A stretch of 64,000 nucleotides of DNA from an uncultured delta proteobacterium. Its GTDB lineage: Bacteria > Desulfobacterota > Desulfomonilia > UBA1062. Every line of letters starts with the position of its first letter. Positions within the stretch are counted from its first letter, which is position 1. The position numbers and the translations under genes were made by a program. Location: assembly GCA_963798485.1 (NCBI GenBank), contig CAWCTR010000030.1:64001-128000 (forward strand), read 5' to 3'. Below are positions 10,922 through 22,181 of this stretch, in pieces. A model generated the notes under the pieces. It saw nothing but the letters and a program-made list of their open reading frames with translations, was not told the origin of the DNA and ran no database searches.

Positions 10922-11383
10922 GTGCGGGTAGCTGTTGCATGCGATCATGGCGGATTTACCTTGAAGCAGGCCGTAAGGGATGCCATTGCCGCATCAGGGG
11001 CCGAGGCCCAGGACCTCGGCACGGAAGGCACGGGGTCGGTGGACTATCCTGACTTTGCATATAAGGCGATAAAGCTGCTCCTTGAAAAGCAATGCGAGAG
11101 GGTCATCCTTATCTGCGGGACAGGCATAGGCATGTCCATCTTTGCAAACCGCATACCAGGCGTCAGGGGCGCCCTGTGCCATGAGAGCTACACTGCCCGT
11201 ATGTCCAGGCTCCATAACGACTCCAACTGTCTCATCCTAGGCGGGCGGGTTATCGGTCCGGGCCTCGCTCAAGAGATCATAGATGTATGGATGAAGACAC
11301 CTTTTGAGGGCGGCCGCCATGCAGCAAGGCTTGCCAAGATCGATGAGCTCTCGCAAGGCCTGAAAGACTTGAAGGATAAATAG
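10922..11383 (+). CDS. rpiB: Ribose-5-phosphate isomerase B
   Basis: DHGG, VDYPD, CGTGIG, FEGGRH. Confidence 0.95.
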   Translation: MRVAVACDHGGFTLKQAVRDAIAASGAEAQDLGTEGTGSVDYPDFAYKAIKLLLEKQCERVILICGTGIGMSIFANRIPGVRGALCHESYTARMSRLHNDSNCLILGGRVIGPGLAQEIIDVWMKTPFEGGRHAARLAKIDELSQGLKDLKDK

Positions 11384-11394
11384 GAGATAAAAGA

Positions 11395-12639
11395 ATGAAC
11401 ATGGAGAATGTTTTAAAGACCGATCCCGAGGTATATGATTCCATCATGGGTGAGCTGCAGAGGCAGCGCAACAAGCTTGAGCTCATCGCATCCGAGAACA
11501 TCGTGAGCAAGGCCGTGCTCGAGGCCCAGGGCTCTGTCATGACCAATAAATACGCGGAAGGATACCCCTCCAAGAGATATTACGGCGGGTGCGAATATGT
11601 GGATGTGGCTGAGGATCTCGCCATAGCCAGGGCCAAACAGCTCTTCGGTGCGGACCATGCCAATGTCCAGCCCCACTCGGGCTCCCAAGCCAACATGGCC
11701 GTTTATTTTTCCATACTGGAGCCCGGCGACACCTACCTCGGCATGAGCCTGCCCCATGGCGGCCACCTCTCCATGGGCTCTCCGGTCAACTTCTCAGGGA
11801 AGTTCTACAAGGTCATTGCCTATGGCGTGAGGCAGGACAACCACCGCATCGATTATGACCAGTTGAGGGATCTGGCAAAAAAGAACAAGCCCAAACTCAT
11901 CATAGCAGGGGCCAGCGCCTACCCTCGTATCATCGAATACAAGACATTCAAGGAGATTGCCGACGAGGTGGGCGCGTATTTCATGGTGGACATGGCCCAC
12001 ATCGCAGGGCTCATTGCCGCAGGGCTTCACCCGAGCCCGGTGCCGTATGCGGATTTCGTCACCACCACCACCCACAAGACGCTGCGCGGACCAAGGGGCG
12101 GTATGGTCCTTTGCAAGGAACAGCACGCCAAGACGCTCAACTCAAAGGTCTTCCCCGGCATGCAGGGGGGGCCGCTCATGCATGTAATAGCCGCCAAGGC
12201 CGTAGCCTTCAAGGAGGCGCTGGGCCCTGAATTCAAGGAATACCAGACCCGGATTGTCCGCAATGCAAAGGCCATGGCCGAAGAGCTCATCTCATTAGGT
12301 TTTATCCTTGTATCGGGCGGTACGGACAACCACCTCATGCTTGTCGACCTGACCAATAAGGATGTCACAGGCAAGGACGCCCAGGAGATGCTCGACCTTG
12401 CATGGATCACCGTGAACCGCAACACCATCCCCTTCGAGACCAAGAGCCCCTTCGTGACCTCGGGTATCCGCATCGGTACGCCTGCGCTCACCACCAGGGG
12501 CATGAAGGAAGACGAGATGCGCCAGGTGGCGCGCATGATCGCAAGGGTCATCGAGGCCAAGGGTGATGCGAGCGTGATCGAAAAGGTGAGGAACGAGGTT
12601 GACGAACTCACCAAGCGCTTTCCCATCTACGAAGGGTGA
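11395..12639 (+). CDS. glyA: Serine hydroxymethyltransferase
   Basis: [26 protein letters not shown]. Confidence 0.98.
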   Translation: MNMENVLKTDPEVYDSIMGELQRQRNKLELIASENIVSKAVLEAQGSVMTNKYAEGYPSKRYYGGCEYVDVAEDLAIARAKQLFGADHANVQPHSGSQANMAVYFSILEPGDTYLGMSLPHGGHLSMGSPVNFSGKFYKVIAYGVRQDNHRIDYDQLRDLAKKNKPKLIIAGASAYPRIIEYKTFKEIADEVGAYFMVDMAHIAGLIAAGLHPSPVPYADFVTTTTHKTLRGPRGGMVLCKEQHAKTLNSKVFPGMQGGPLMHVIAAKAVAFKEALGPEFKEYQTRIVRNAKAMAEELISLGFILVSGGTDNHLMLVDLTNKDVTGKDAQEMLDLAWITVNRNTIPFETKSPFVTSGIRIGTPALTTRGMKEDEMRQVARMIARVIEAKGDASVIEKVRNEVDELTKRFPIYEG

Positions 12640-12645
12640 CCTGCC

Positions 12646-13107
12646 ATGCGATGCCCCAGGTGTTCCGGGCTTGAAGACAAGGTGCTGCAGTCCAGGATCA
12701 GCCAGGATGGCACCTCCATCAGGCGCAGGAGGGAGTGCATCACCTGCTCTTACCGCTATACCACCTATGAGCACATCGAGGAATTCATCCCGGTCGTGGT
12801 CAAGAAGGACGGCAGGCGTGAGCCCTTTGATGCGGCTAAGGTGATAACCGGTATCATGACTGCCTGCGAGAAGCGGCCGGTGAGCATGGAGGCCATCGAG
12901 ACCGTAAAGGATGCACTTATCCAGGATATCCAGTCCAAATGGGACAGGGAAGTGCCGGCATCCTACATAGGCGAGCGTATCATGGAGGCGCTGCACAAGC
13001 TTGATCCCGTGGCGTATGTCCGGTTTGCATCCGTGTACCGCGAGTTCAAGGATGTAAGCGAGTTCATGGACGAGATAAAGGGCTTGCGCCGGGCAAAGAA
13101 ACGGTAA
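12646..13107 (+). CDS. nrdR: Transcriptional repressor NrdR
   Basis: CPRC...RRRREC zinc ribbon, ATP-cone, VAYVRFASVY. Confidence 0.97.
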   Translation: MRCPRCSGLEDKVLQSRISQDGTSIRRRRECITCSYRYTTYEHIEEFIPVVVKKDGRREPFDAAKVITGIMTACEKRPVSMEAIETVKDALIQDIQSKWDREVPASYIGERIMEALHKLDPVAYVRFASVYREFKDVSEFMDEIKGLRRAKKR

Positions 13108-13124
13108 CTTCACTTTCTTCATAT

Positions 13125-14198
13125 ATGGAACAGGATATATTCTTCATGCACCAGGCCGTTGAGCTTGCCCGGCAGGCCATAGGCAGGACCGCCCCCAATC
13201 CCAGTGTCGGTGCGCTGGTCGTGAAGGACGGCCAAGTTGTAGGCAGGGGCTTCCATCCCAAGGCGGGCAAACCCCATGCCGAGGTCTACGCATTAGAAGA
13301 AGCGGGCAATAGCGCCCGGGGCGGGGCGCTCTATGTGACCTTGGAGCCCTGCAACCATTATGGAAAGACGCCGCCTTGCACAGGGGCTATCATAAAATCA
13401 GGCGTCTCCCGTGTCATAGTGGGGACCCTTGACCCGAACCCCATTGTAGCGGGTAAAGGGATAGAGCTGCTCAAGGATGCAGGTATCGTGGTGGATGTGG
13501 GGGTATGCGCGGAAGAATGCAAAGACCTCATCGCGTGGTATGCCTTTTGGCTCGTCAGCGGCCGGCCGTATATCATCCTGAAGGCCGCCATTACCCTGGA
13601 TGGTCGTGTCGCCACCGCAACAGGGGATTCCCGGTGGATCAGCTCGGAGGAATCCAGGCATCATGTGCATGAGCTGAGGAACCTTGTGGATGGACTCATT
13701 GTGGGCATCGGCACGGTGCTTAAGGACGACCCGCTGCTTACCTGCCGCATCGAGGGAGGCCGGGACCCCATGCGGATCATCCTGGACCCCCAATTCGATA
13801 TCCCGGATGGTGCGAAGTGCCTGGGCCATGGCTCACTCGTGTTTACCGCCAAACCGCCCTATGCCAGAGAGGAAATCAATGAGCAGGGCACGGAAACCGT
13901 GCAGATGGAGGCAGACCCTTCCGGCCTGCTCCCCTGGGCATCCGTGCTTGAACATCTTGGCAAGATGGGCCTCCATTGTGTTATGGTGGAGGGCGGCAGC
14001 GGGGTTTACTCAAGTCTGCTCAGGAGCGGACTGGTGGACAAGCTGCTCTTCTTCATCGCACCCAAGATCCTTGGCGGGGGCTTGCCATTGGTAGATTGGG
14101 GCTCTCCTGAGCGGATTGCGGATTCCTTGAAGGTCGTGATATCAAAGGTTGACCTTCTGGGCGGGGATATCCTCGTGGAAGGTATACTGGGGGAGTAA
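13125..14198 (+). CDS. ribD: Riboflavin biosynthesis deaminase/reductase
   Basis: PNPSVG, HAE, LEPCNHYGKTPPC, VEGG. Confidence 0.96.
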   Translation: MEQDIFFMHQAVELARQAIGRTAPNPSVGALVVKDGQVVGRGFHPKAGKPHAEVYALEEAGNSARGGALYVTLEPCNHYGKTPPCTGAIIKSGVSRVIVGTLDPNPIVAGKGIELLKDAGIVVDVGVCAEECKDLIAWYAFWLVSGRPYIILKAAITLDGRVATATGDSRWISSEESRHHVHELRNLVDGLIVGIGTVLKDDPLLTCRIEGGRDPMRIILDPQFDIPDGAKCLGHGSLVFTAKPPYAREEINEQGTETVQMEADPSGLLPWASVLEHLGKMGLHCVMVEGGSGVYSSLLRSGLVDKLLFFIAPKILGGGLPLVDWGSPERIADSLKVVISKVDLLGGDILVEGILGE

Positions 14199-14199
14199 T

Positions 14200-14844
14200 A
14201 TGTTCACCGGGATCATCGAGTCGGTAGGGAAGATTCTGTCCAAGGAGACTCATGGGCAAGGGGTCGTGCTCAAGATAGATACGGGGCTTGATCTGTCAGG
14301 CGATGCTATTGGTGAGAGCGTTGCAGTGGACGGGGTGTGCCTTACCATTACAAAGATGCAAGGCAGTGTCTTTTATGCACATGCATCTGCCGAGACCATC
14401 ACGCGCTCCACCCTGGGGGATATCAGGCCCGGCGCCGGCGTGAATATCGAACGGGCCCTTACCCTCTCATCGCGGCTCGGGGGGCATATTGTCCTCGGCC
14501 ATGTGGATACCGTGGGCAAGATCCTCCAGAAGGACCTTGCAGGCGAGTCAATGCGGATCAAGGTGGGCTTCGATCGGACATATGCAAAGTATGTAATAGA
14601 GAAGGGGTCAGTTGCCATAGACGGCGTTTCGCTCACTATTAACGATGTATATAAGGATGCATTGATTGTGAACATCATAGAGCACACTGCCCAATCCACT
14701 TCCTTGACACCCAAATCCCCGGGTGATAGGGTGAACCTCGAATTTGACGTGCTGGGTAAGTATGTGGAAAGCCTGCTGATTAAGGGTACGGGCACCAGCC
14801 TGAAAGACCTTCTCACAGAGCAGGGTTTTCTCAAAAGGGAGTAG
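14200..14844 (+). CDS. ribE: Riboflavin synthase
   Basis: MFTGII N-terminus (true start 14200), GVCLT, GGHIVLGHVD. Confidence 0.96.
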   Translation: MFTGIIESVGKILSKETHGQGVVLKIDTGLDLSGDAIGESVAVDGVCLTITKMQGSVFYAHASAETITRSTLGDIRPGAGVNIERALTLSSRLGGHIVLGHVDTVGKILQKDLAGESMRIKVGFDRTYAKYVIEKGSVAIDGVSLTINDVYKDALIVNIIEHTAQSTSLTPKSPGDRVNLEFDVLGKYVESLLIKGTGTSLKDLLTEQGFLKRE

Positions 14845-14850
14845 ATTCAA

Positions 14851-16053
14851 ATGCCTACGTGTACCGTGGAAGAAGCCATCAAAGATCTGCTGCAGGGAAA
14901 GATGATCATCCTCGTGGATGACGAAGACCGGGAGAATGAGGGAGACCTCACCATGGCGGCCGAGTTTGTCACGGCGGACGCCATCAATTTCATGACAAAA
15001 TACGGACGTGGGCTGGTTTGCCTGGCCCTGGACTCTCACATCGCGGACAGGCTTGACCTGCAGCCCATGGTCAGGGACAACACGAGCAAATTCGGGACAG
15101 GATTCACTGTATCCATCGAGGCAAAAAAGGGTGTGACCACAGGCATTTCTGCCGCCGATAGGGCCGTGACCATCAGGACCGCCATTGCCCCGGATACCAA
15201 GGCACAAGACCTGGCAAGGCCGGGTCATATATTTCCCTTGCGGGCCAAGTCGGGCGGAACCCTTGTCCGCACCGGACAGACCGAGGGCTCGGTGGACCTG
15301 TGCAGGATGGCAGGGCTCAGGTCCGGCGCTGTCATCTGCGAGATCATGAACGATGACGGTTCCATGGCCCGCAGACCCCAGCTTGAGGAATTTGCGGCTA
15401 CACATGGTTTAAAGATTTGCACCATCGCCGATATCATCGCCTACCGCATCAGGAATGAGATCCTGGTGCGCGAGGTAGTCCGCGCCAAGCTCCCGACGGA
15501 ATTCGGCGTCTTCGAGCTTGTGGGGTTTGACAATGACATAGACGACAAGGAACATGTAGCCCTTGTCAAGGGGGATATAAACCCGGACGAGCCTGTGTTG
15601 GTCCGTGTGCACTCCGAGTGCCTCACCGGAGACATGTTTCATTCCGTGCGTTGCGACTGCGGCGACCAGCTCCACCGGGCCATGGAGATGATCGAGGAAG
15701 AAGGCAAGGGCGTCATCGTGTATATGCGGCAGGAAGGCCGCGGCATCGGTCTTATCAACAAGCTCAAGGCCTACCACCTGCAGGACAAGGGCAGGGACAC
15801 GGTGGAGGCCAACATAGAACTGGGTTTCGCCCCGGATTTGAGAGACTACGGCATCGGGGCGCAGATCCTCGTATACCTGGGTGTGCGCAAGATGAAACTC
15901 ATGACCAATAACCCCAAGAAGATCATCGGGCTCGAGGGCTATGGCCTTGAGATCGTCGAGCGGATTGCAATCGAGATCCCGCCCACGAAGGAAAACAAGA
16001 GGTATTTGAAGACCAAGAAGGATAAGATGGGACACATTCTGGAGGTGGTATAG
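14851..16053 (+). CDS. ribBA: Bifunctional DHBP synthase/GTP cyclohydrolase II
   Basis: [10 protein letters not shown]; [10 protein letters not shown]...RCDCG; QEGRGIG. Confidence 0.97.
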   Translation: MPTCTVEEAIKDLLQGKMIILVDDEDRENEGDLTMAAEFVTADAINFMTKYGRGLVCLALDSHIADRLDLQPMVRDNTSKFGTGFTVSIEAKKGVTTGISAADRAVTIRTAIAPDTKAQDLARPGHIFPLRAKSGGTLVRTGQTEGSVDLCRMAGLRSGAVICEIMNDDGSMARRPQLEEFAATHGLKICTIADIIAYRIRNEILVREVVRAKLPTEFGVFELVGFDNDIDDKEHVALVKGDINPDEPVLVRVHSECLTGDMFHSVRCDCGDQLHRAMEMIEEEGKGVIVYMRQEGRGIGLINKLKAYHLQDKGRDTVEANIELGFAPDLRDYGIGAQILVYLGVRKMKLMTNNPKKIIGLEGYGLEIVERIAIEIPPTKENKRYLKTKKDKMGHILEVV

Positions 16054-16518
<465 letters not shown>

Positions 16519-16526
16519 CATCATCC

Positions 16527-16943
16527 ATGAAGCAAAGGACCCGGGCGCGAGAGGTAGCCCTGCAGTATCTCTACCAGATCGATATCACCAGCAGCCATAC
16601 CGAAAAGACCCTTGCGGACTTCTTCAAACACTTTGTACAGGACAAGGACAAGGAACTCGTCCCCTACGCAAAGGAATTGGCTGAAGGGGTATGCGAGTAT
16701 CTGCCCCAGATCGATTCCCTCATTGAGAAGGCCTCACAGAATTGGAAGGTGAGCCGCATGTCCGCCACGGACCGGAACATCCTGCGTATCGCCGCCTATG
16801 AGATGGCGTATAGAAAAGACGTCCCCTACAAGGTGGCCATCAACGAGGCAATCGAGATAGCCAAGCGCTTCGGTTCGTCGCGCTTCCCCTCCTTTGCAAA
16901 CGGTGTGCTGGACAAGATATGGAACGAGATATCTGCCGAATAA
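16527..16943 (+). CDS. nusB: Transcription antitermination factor NusB
   Basis: RTRARE..LY, DRNILR, VAINEAIEIAK, FANGVLD. Confidence 0.95.
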   Translation: MKQRTRAREVALQYLYQIDITSSHTEKTLADFFKHFVQDKDKELVPYAKELAEGVCEYLPQIDSLIEKASQNWKVSRMSATDRNILRIAAYEMAYRKDVPYKVAINEAIEIAKRFGSSRFPSFANGVLDKIWNEISAE

Positions 16944-16958
16944 GACCTCTATCGGTAA

Positions 16959-17663
16959 CTACTTGATCAGCCCCTGGACCCGGGCGCGTTCTACAATGAT
17001 TCCTCGTTGCTTGCTGCCTGTAATATCGAGCGTGCCGGCCTGGACCAGGGTCAGATCTATCCGATCGAGCAGGGAATTCGTTATGCGAACCTCCTCCAGG
17101 ACAGCCCCGGCCAATGAAGTTTGAGTGAGGTTCGACTTGTTCAACGAGGTGCGCACGATATAGGAAAGCCCGAAATTTGCCTCCGTGAGGTCACATTCGT
17201 CAAGGGTGCAGTTTTCTATGAGGCAGAAGAGGAACTTTGCCTTCTGCAACCGGGCGCCTGTGAAATCAAGGTTCTTGAAGGTGGAGTGGATGAAGGTGGC
17301 CCCTGAAAGGTTTGTCTTACGAAGCTCTTTGTCTACGATGGTGACACGGATGAGATGGCTGTTCATAAGTGCCACCCTGCTTAGGGTGCAGGTGCTGAGG
17401 TCAGCATCCTGAATCGTCACCTCCGAAAGGTGGGCGCCCGAGAGGTTCGTGTTCTTGAAGATCGTATCTTCAAGCTTTGTCCTCTCCAGGTGAGACTCCT
17501 CCATGTTGGTATCGGTAAGGTTCGCCTTGCTCAAGTCCGAGCCCCTCAGATTGGCGCCACCCAGGTCGAGACCCGACAGGTCGAGCCCCTTGAGGTATTC
17601 TCCCTCAACGGGATAACCCATGGATATTTTCTCAAAGAGTTCGTCTCTGTCAAACATGTTCAT
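16959..17663 (-). CDS. Pentapeptide repeat protein
   Basis: Tandem A(N/D)Lxx repeats across the protein. Confidence 0.9.
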   Translation of the reverse strand: MNMFDRDELFEKISMGYPVEGEYLKGLDLSGLDLGGANLRGSDLSKANLTDTNMEESHLERTKLEDTIFKNTNLSGAHLSEVTIQDADLSTCTLSRVALMNSHLIRVTIVDKELRKTNLSGATFIHSTFKNLDFTGARLQKAKFLFCLIENCTLDECDLTEANFGLSYIVRTSLNKSNLTQTSLAGAVLEEVRITNSLLDRIDLTLVQAGTLDITGSKQRGIIVERARVQGLIK

Positions 17664-19087
17664 TAGCCTGACTCCAGGATCTTCTTAACCTCAGGGGCCA
17701 TGGTGAACTCGGCCTCTTTGATCTCTCCATCCTTCAGATAGAAATGCACACCGGATTTGGTGCCGGTGATTGTCATGCTTGTCATGCCGATGTTGATATC
17801 CGTCTGATCGTAGAGCGCACCCTCGATGTAGATGTTTCCCTGGTGGGTCTTGTGGATCTTTTCTACAATCTCGATGATTTTTGCATTCTGCTCTTTGAGT
17901 ATCCTACGAAGTGTCTCCATGCCGTCAAGGATCTTGTTATACAGGGCTTCCTGCTGCCGGCTCAGTTCGCTTGTGGCCTTCAATACCCTTAATTTCGCCA
18001 GGGAAGACTGGAATCTGATAAATTCCTGGGTCCTTTCAAGGACCTCCTCCTTCATCCGCTTCTGCTCACGGTGAAGGACCGGGCTGCGCCCGATACTGAC
18101 CACTGTCTTTTCATCGGCAGTCTCCTGGCCGACAGTGTGGCAGTAGACGCAGGTGTCGGAGGATACCTGGCTCGTTGTGATGAACCCGTTCGGGCTTTTA
18201 ATGATCAACGGACCAAGGGCAGAGACCAGGCTGTTACGGATATAGCCCTCAACCACAATCTCTTTGTCTGATATCACATGGGCATCCTGGATGAACTTGG
18301 CATGGATCATGCCTTTTGCGATTATCATGGCCTCTTCCTGGCCCATAATGCCGCCGGCTATTTTGATATTTCCTCCGGCCTCCAGTATTACCTTACCCAC
18401 CGTAGAGGCGATTACGATATCTTCCCCGGCGTGGATCTCATAGCCGTCACCAACCTCTCCCTGGACTACGACGGAACCGTTGAACCGGATGTTGCCTACA
18501 GACGCATCCACATCCTGAACCACATAGGATGGTTCCACATGCACGGCGTTTTCCAGCCACATCACCATTCCGTCAATGGCGGCAAATATCTGGTTCCTGT
18601 CGGCAGAGTAGGTCACGTTCTTTGCATCGGGAAGTTTCGCAGTTACACCCGGTTTACCAGGGATCTCCTTACCGTTCACCGTCATGCCGGGTGTACCGGT
18701 CTGTGGATTGACAAGTTCGCACAGGGGGTCACCCTTTTTCACGTTCTGGATAAGATGCAGGTCTTTCAGGTTCACCTTGCCGGAGGCGTCCTCTTTGATG
18801 ATAGCCTTTGTGCGGTTCGTGTCGAAGTGAAATTTGATAGAACCGTCTTTTCCCTGTTGAGGTTCCTGTCCCCTGGCAATGATGACCCACTGGTCTATGG
18901 TCTTATCCTTGACGATCTGATCGATCGCCTCGGGTATAAGGCCAAAGGTGATCCCCTCATTATTGATGGCCGCAACAAGGTCATCAACGGTGAGTCCGGA
19001 TACTTCCGTCCCTGTCGGGACGATCTTTATGGAAGCGATCAGGCCTCCCTCGGTGAGGTTGAATTCGACGGAATAATCCTTATCCAT
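17663..19087 (-). CDS. FapA/DUF342 family protein
   Basis: IARGQEPQQGKDG, VGNIRFNGSVVVQG, beta-helix-like repeats, coiled coil. Confidence 0.85.
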   Translation of the reverse strand: MDKDYSVEFNLTEGGLIASIKIVPTGTEVSGLTVDDLVAAINNEGITFGLIPEAIDQIVKDKTIDQWVIIARGQEPQQGKDGSIKFHFDTNRTKAIIKEDASGKVNLKDLHLIQNVKKGDPLCELVNPQTGTPGMTVNGKEIPGKPGVTAKLPDAKNVTYSADRNQIFAAIDGMVMWLENAVHVEPSYVVQDVDASVGNIRFNGSVVVQGEVGDGYEIHAGEDIVIASTVGKVILEAGGNIKIAGGIMGQEEAMIIAKGMIHAKFIQDAHVISDKEIVVEGYIRNSLVSALGPLIIKSPNGFITTSQVSSDTCVYCHTVGQETADEKTVVSIGRSPVLHREQKRMKEEVLERTQEFIRFQSSLAKLRVLKATSELSRQQEALYNKILDGMETLRRILKEQNAKIIEIVEKIHKTHQGNIYIEGALYDQTDINIGMTSMTITGTKSGVHFYLKDGEIKEAEFTMAPEVKKILESG

Positions 19088-19210
19088 TAATGATGAATTC
19101 GGCCTTTTATCCTTAAAACTTGAAAAATACAGTTCCTCTTTTTTCTTGACTGGCAGGCATGCGTCCCGTACTTGAAATGAGGGATATACACTGCAACGAT
19201 GAGGTGTAAG

Positions 19211-19870
19211 ATGAATGTCCGCGATATCGATGCCCTTGCCATCAAGGGGTTCCTTGATACAAAGGAGGGCAAGGCGCTTTATGGGCTCGCCCTTGGTGCA
19301 AGCTCACGGGGGCCTGTGCTCGAGATCGGGGGTTACTGCGGGAAATCGACCCTCTATCTGGGCCTTGCATGCAAGAAAAGGGGCGGCATCCTGTACTCAA
19401 TCGACCATCACAGAGGCTCAGAGGAGCAGCAGCCGGGCCAGGAGTTTTTTGACCCCGAGCTCTTCGACGGCAGCGAAGGGAAGATAGACACCTTCAGGTT
19501 CTTTCGCAAGGCCATCGAGATCTCAGGTCTGTCGGATACGGTGGTGCCCATGGTGACCACCTCGGCTGTGGCGGCGCGCATGTGGTCCACACCCCTTTCC
19601 ATGGTCTTTATCGATGGCTCTCACACCTATCCGGGGGCCTTCTCGGATTATGTCTCGTGGTCTCCCCTTCTGATGTGCGGTGGCATCCTGGCCATCCACG
19701 ATATCTTTGACGACCCGGCCGCCGGCGGCCAGGCGCCGCATTATATCTACAAACTTGCGCTGTCTTCAGGTTTGTATGAGGAACTGCCCATGGTCAAGAC
19801 CCTTGGGGTGCTGAAGAGGCGCGGCCATGCAGATATACCCAAGGAGCTCTTTTCAAAACGCGATTGGTAG
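19211..19870 (+). CDS. Class I SAM methyltransferase (Methyltransf_24), MeT1-like O-methyltransferase
   Basis: LEIGGYCGKST, IDHHRGSEEQQPG, FIDGSHTY, IHDIF; GAGGTG RBS. Confidence 0.8.
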   Translation: MNVRDIDALAIKGFLDTKEGKALYGLALGASSRGPVLEIGGYCGKSTLYLGLACKKRGGILYSIDHHRGSEEQQPGQEFFDPELFDGSEGKIDTFRFFRKAIEISGLSDTVVPMVTTSAVAARMWSTPLSMVFIDGSHTYPGAFSDYVSWSPLLMCGGILAIHDIFDDPAAGGQAPHYIYKLALSSGLYEELPMVKTLGVLKRRGHADIPKELFSKRDW

Positions 19871-21445
19871 GGTGTCCGTTTCCTTGTTGTGGGTCCAGTA
19901 ATAGCGGTATGATCCGCTCATGAGCTCGGCCTTGATATAGCCTGCGGCAAAGTAGCCCGTAAGCACCCTGGAGGTAAAAGACCTGTCCGTACCGGTCTTC
20001 TTTGCAACAATATCCGCCAGGAGCTCTATGGGGTGCGAGCCTTCCGCGTTCCTGCAGGGGCTTTCCTCGATAAGGTCTTCGGAGAGGATTCTATAGACGA
20101 GTTTCAGCTTGCGGTTGCCCTCAATAAGGAGATACTCGTGGTCGGTGCATATGCCGTCCTTATGGCGCTGTACCATCCCTTCCCAGACTTCATCGTTGCC
20201 CCTGTCATATTGTGCCACAAAGGCCGTCATCTCTTCAGGGCTCAATTGTGAAGTCTTCACTATAGGTGAGTTGGCATCGTAGCGGCTCCAGTCGTCGGTG
20301 AGTATCTCGATATCATAGTTTCCGAGCTCTTCACGGACCGTGGTGCCCGGGAAGGGCGAGAAGAAGTGGTAGCCATAGGCGATATCCAACTCAAGGGCGA
20401 AACGCTGTGTCTGCTGCAGGGTCTCCTTTGTCTCGCCGGGGAGTCCCACCATGAAGGAGGCGTGCGGGAGGATGTCGGCCTCTTTGCAGCATTGCACGGC
20501 CTTTCGGGCCTGCTCCAAGGTGATGCCCTTGCGGATCCTCTTGAGCATCTCAGGGTTGCCCGACTCAATGCCGAAGCTTATGCAATCGCAACCGACCTCC
20601 CGCATGGTCTTGAGTGTCTCCATGTCCACGGTGTTGACCCTGGCGAATGCGCTCCAGCCGAAGGTTACGCCCCTGCGCCTTATCTCGTCGCAGAGCTCTT
20701 TGACCCGGGCCTTGTCGACCGTGAACAGGTCATCGGCGACATTGATCCGGGTGAACCCCATGGCAAGGAGCTGCTCGATCTCATCCACCACCAGTTTGGG
20801 GTTTCTGAAGCGGCCCTTGAAGCCGACCATGCGCCTGCCAAGGCAGAAGATGCACCTGTTGGGACAGCCCCTGCTCGTAATGATGCTCACCGGGTATCCC
20901 AGTGCCTGATAGCGGGATATGGGCAGCAGATGCCTGGCAGGCATGGGTAGGCTGTCGAGGTCACCGATCAGCTCCCGGGTTTCGGTGATAACGATCTCCG
21001 TACCATCCCTGAAGGCGATGCCCTTGATACCATGCCATGCCTTTTTATCATCCAGGACCGCTATAAGCTCCATCAAGGTTTGCTCTCCTTCACCCTTGAC
21101 GATGAGGTCAAGCTCGGGGCAGGCCTTGAACGAACCCTGGATCTCAAAGGAGACATGAGGTCCGCCCATCATGGTGATGATCCCGGGGCGAAGCCTTTTG
21201 GCGTCCCTGATTATACGCTCGGCCTGGTGGTGATTCATGGTGACCGAGCTTGCTCCCACCACATCGGGCTTGAACGCCTCAAGTATCTTTGAAAGCTTTT
21301 CGGGTGAATACTTGCTTACAATAAAGTCGAAGATGCGCACGGTTGCGCCTGCTGCCTCGCAGGCCGCTGCTGCATAAGTAAGGCCTAAGGGCGGGGAGGG
21401 GGCCTCTTCCAATGGATAGGGTGTGCCGATGAGTGCGATTCTCAT
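19853..21445 (-). CDS. Cobalamin-binding radical SAM protein (class B methylase-like)
   Basis: N-terminal PPLGLTY/GGPHVS B12 domain; RGCPNRCIFC; GIESG; FMVGLPGET. Confidence 0.9.
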   Translation of the reverse strand: MRIALIGTPYPLEEAPSPPLGLTYAAAACEAAGATVRIFDFIVSKYSPEKLSKILEAFKPDVVGASSVTMNHHQAERIIRDAKRLRPGIITMMGGPHVSFEIQGSFKACPELDLIVKGEGEQTLMELIAVLDDKKAWHGIKGIAFRDGTEIVITETRELIGDLDSLPMPARHLLPISRYQALGYPVSIITSRGCPNRCIFCLGRRMVGFKGRFRNPKLVVDEIEQLLAMGFTRINVADDLFTVDKARVKELCDEIRRRGVTFGWSAFARVNTVDMETLKTMREVGCDCISFGIESGNPEMLKRIRKGITLEQARKAVQCCKEADILPHASFMVGLPGETKETLQQTQRFALELDIAYGYHFFSPFPGTTVREELGNYDIEILTDDWSRYDANSPIVKTSQLSPEEMTAFVAQYDRGNDEVWEGMVQRHKDGICTDHEYLLIEGNRKLKLVYRILSEDLIEESPCRNAEGSHPIELLADIVAKKTGTDRSFTSRVLTGYFAAGYIKAELMSGSYRYYWTHNKETDTLPIAF

Positions 21446-21454
21446 GGATGTCCT

Positions 21455-22177
21455 TTAGTTGTGTTTTCCCGGAAATAACAGGGACCTTACCCAGTGCAAA
21501 AGGGTATTGCCCTGGAGAAGGTCCTTGTCGATAATGACGAAGTCTTTGGCGAGCTTCTTGGGGTCTGCGTACCATTCGCCCCGAGCCCTCATGGGCTCTT
21601 TCGGGTCGAGCCTTTTTATTACCTTTGCCGGGTTGCCAGCGGCAATGACATTGGCAGGGATATCCCGTGTGACCACGGAGCCTGCGCCGATAATGCTGTT
21701 TTCGCCGATAGTTACCCCTTTGCAGACAATGGAGCTGTCGCCCAGCCAGACATTGTCGCCTATGACGATTCCGCCTGTGGCTCCGATATAGTCTGCGCGG
21801 TCGTAGATGCCGTGCCAGTCGGAGTCGGTGATGTAGACGTTGCTGGCCATCATGCAGCTGTCGCCCAAGGTGATGCCGGTGGCCGCACTCATCCGCACAC
21901 CGGGACAGATGAGGCTGTACTTGCCGATGCTGATGAACCCGTCACCTTTTTCCCTGCCCCATACGGTAAGCCGCACCCGGCGGTCCGGGGTGGAAATCAC
22001 GGTGGCGAAGTCGCCTATGTCGACGGGCCAGCCGAAGACCTGAACATACCACGGCTTCATGAAGGCGCAGCCCTTACCCAGGTGCTTGAACTGGGGCCTG
22101 AGGAAGTGTTCCACGTACCACTTGCGGAAATTGAGGTCGAGCCTCTTGAGGTAATATGGCCGGTAATCCTTTCGCAA
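21455..22177 (-). CDS. Left-handed beta-helix O-acyltransferase
   Basis: ITDSDWHG, IVIGDNVWLG, VTIGENSIIGAGSVVT, AAGNPAK; TTG start. Confidence 0.85.
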   Translation of the reverse strand: MRKDYRPYYLKRLDLNFRKWYVEHFLRPQFKHLGKGCAFMKPWYVQVFGWPVDIGDFATVISTPDRRVRLTVWGREKGDGFISIGKYSLICPGVRMSAATGITLGDSCMMASNVYITDSDWHGIYDRADYIGATGGIVIGDNVWLGDSSIVCKGVTIGENSIIGAGSVVTRDIPANVIAAGNPAKVIKRLDPKEPMRARGEWYADPKKLAKDFVIIDKDLLQGNTLLHWVRSLLFPGKHN

Positions 22178-22181
22178 GGTT

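Noticed and set aside
14149-14199. ORF-track N-terminal extensions (ribE from 14149, gcvT from 31069, methyltransferase from 24210, TatT from 38798)
   Set aside because: Downstream starts with RBS and family-typical N-termini are better supported
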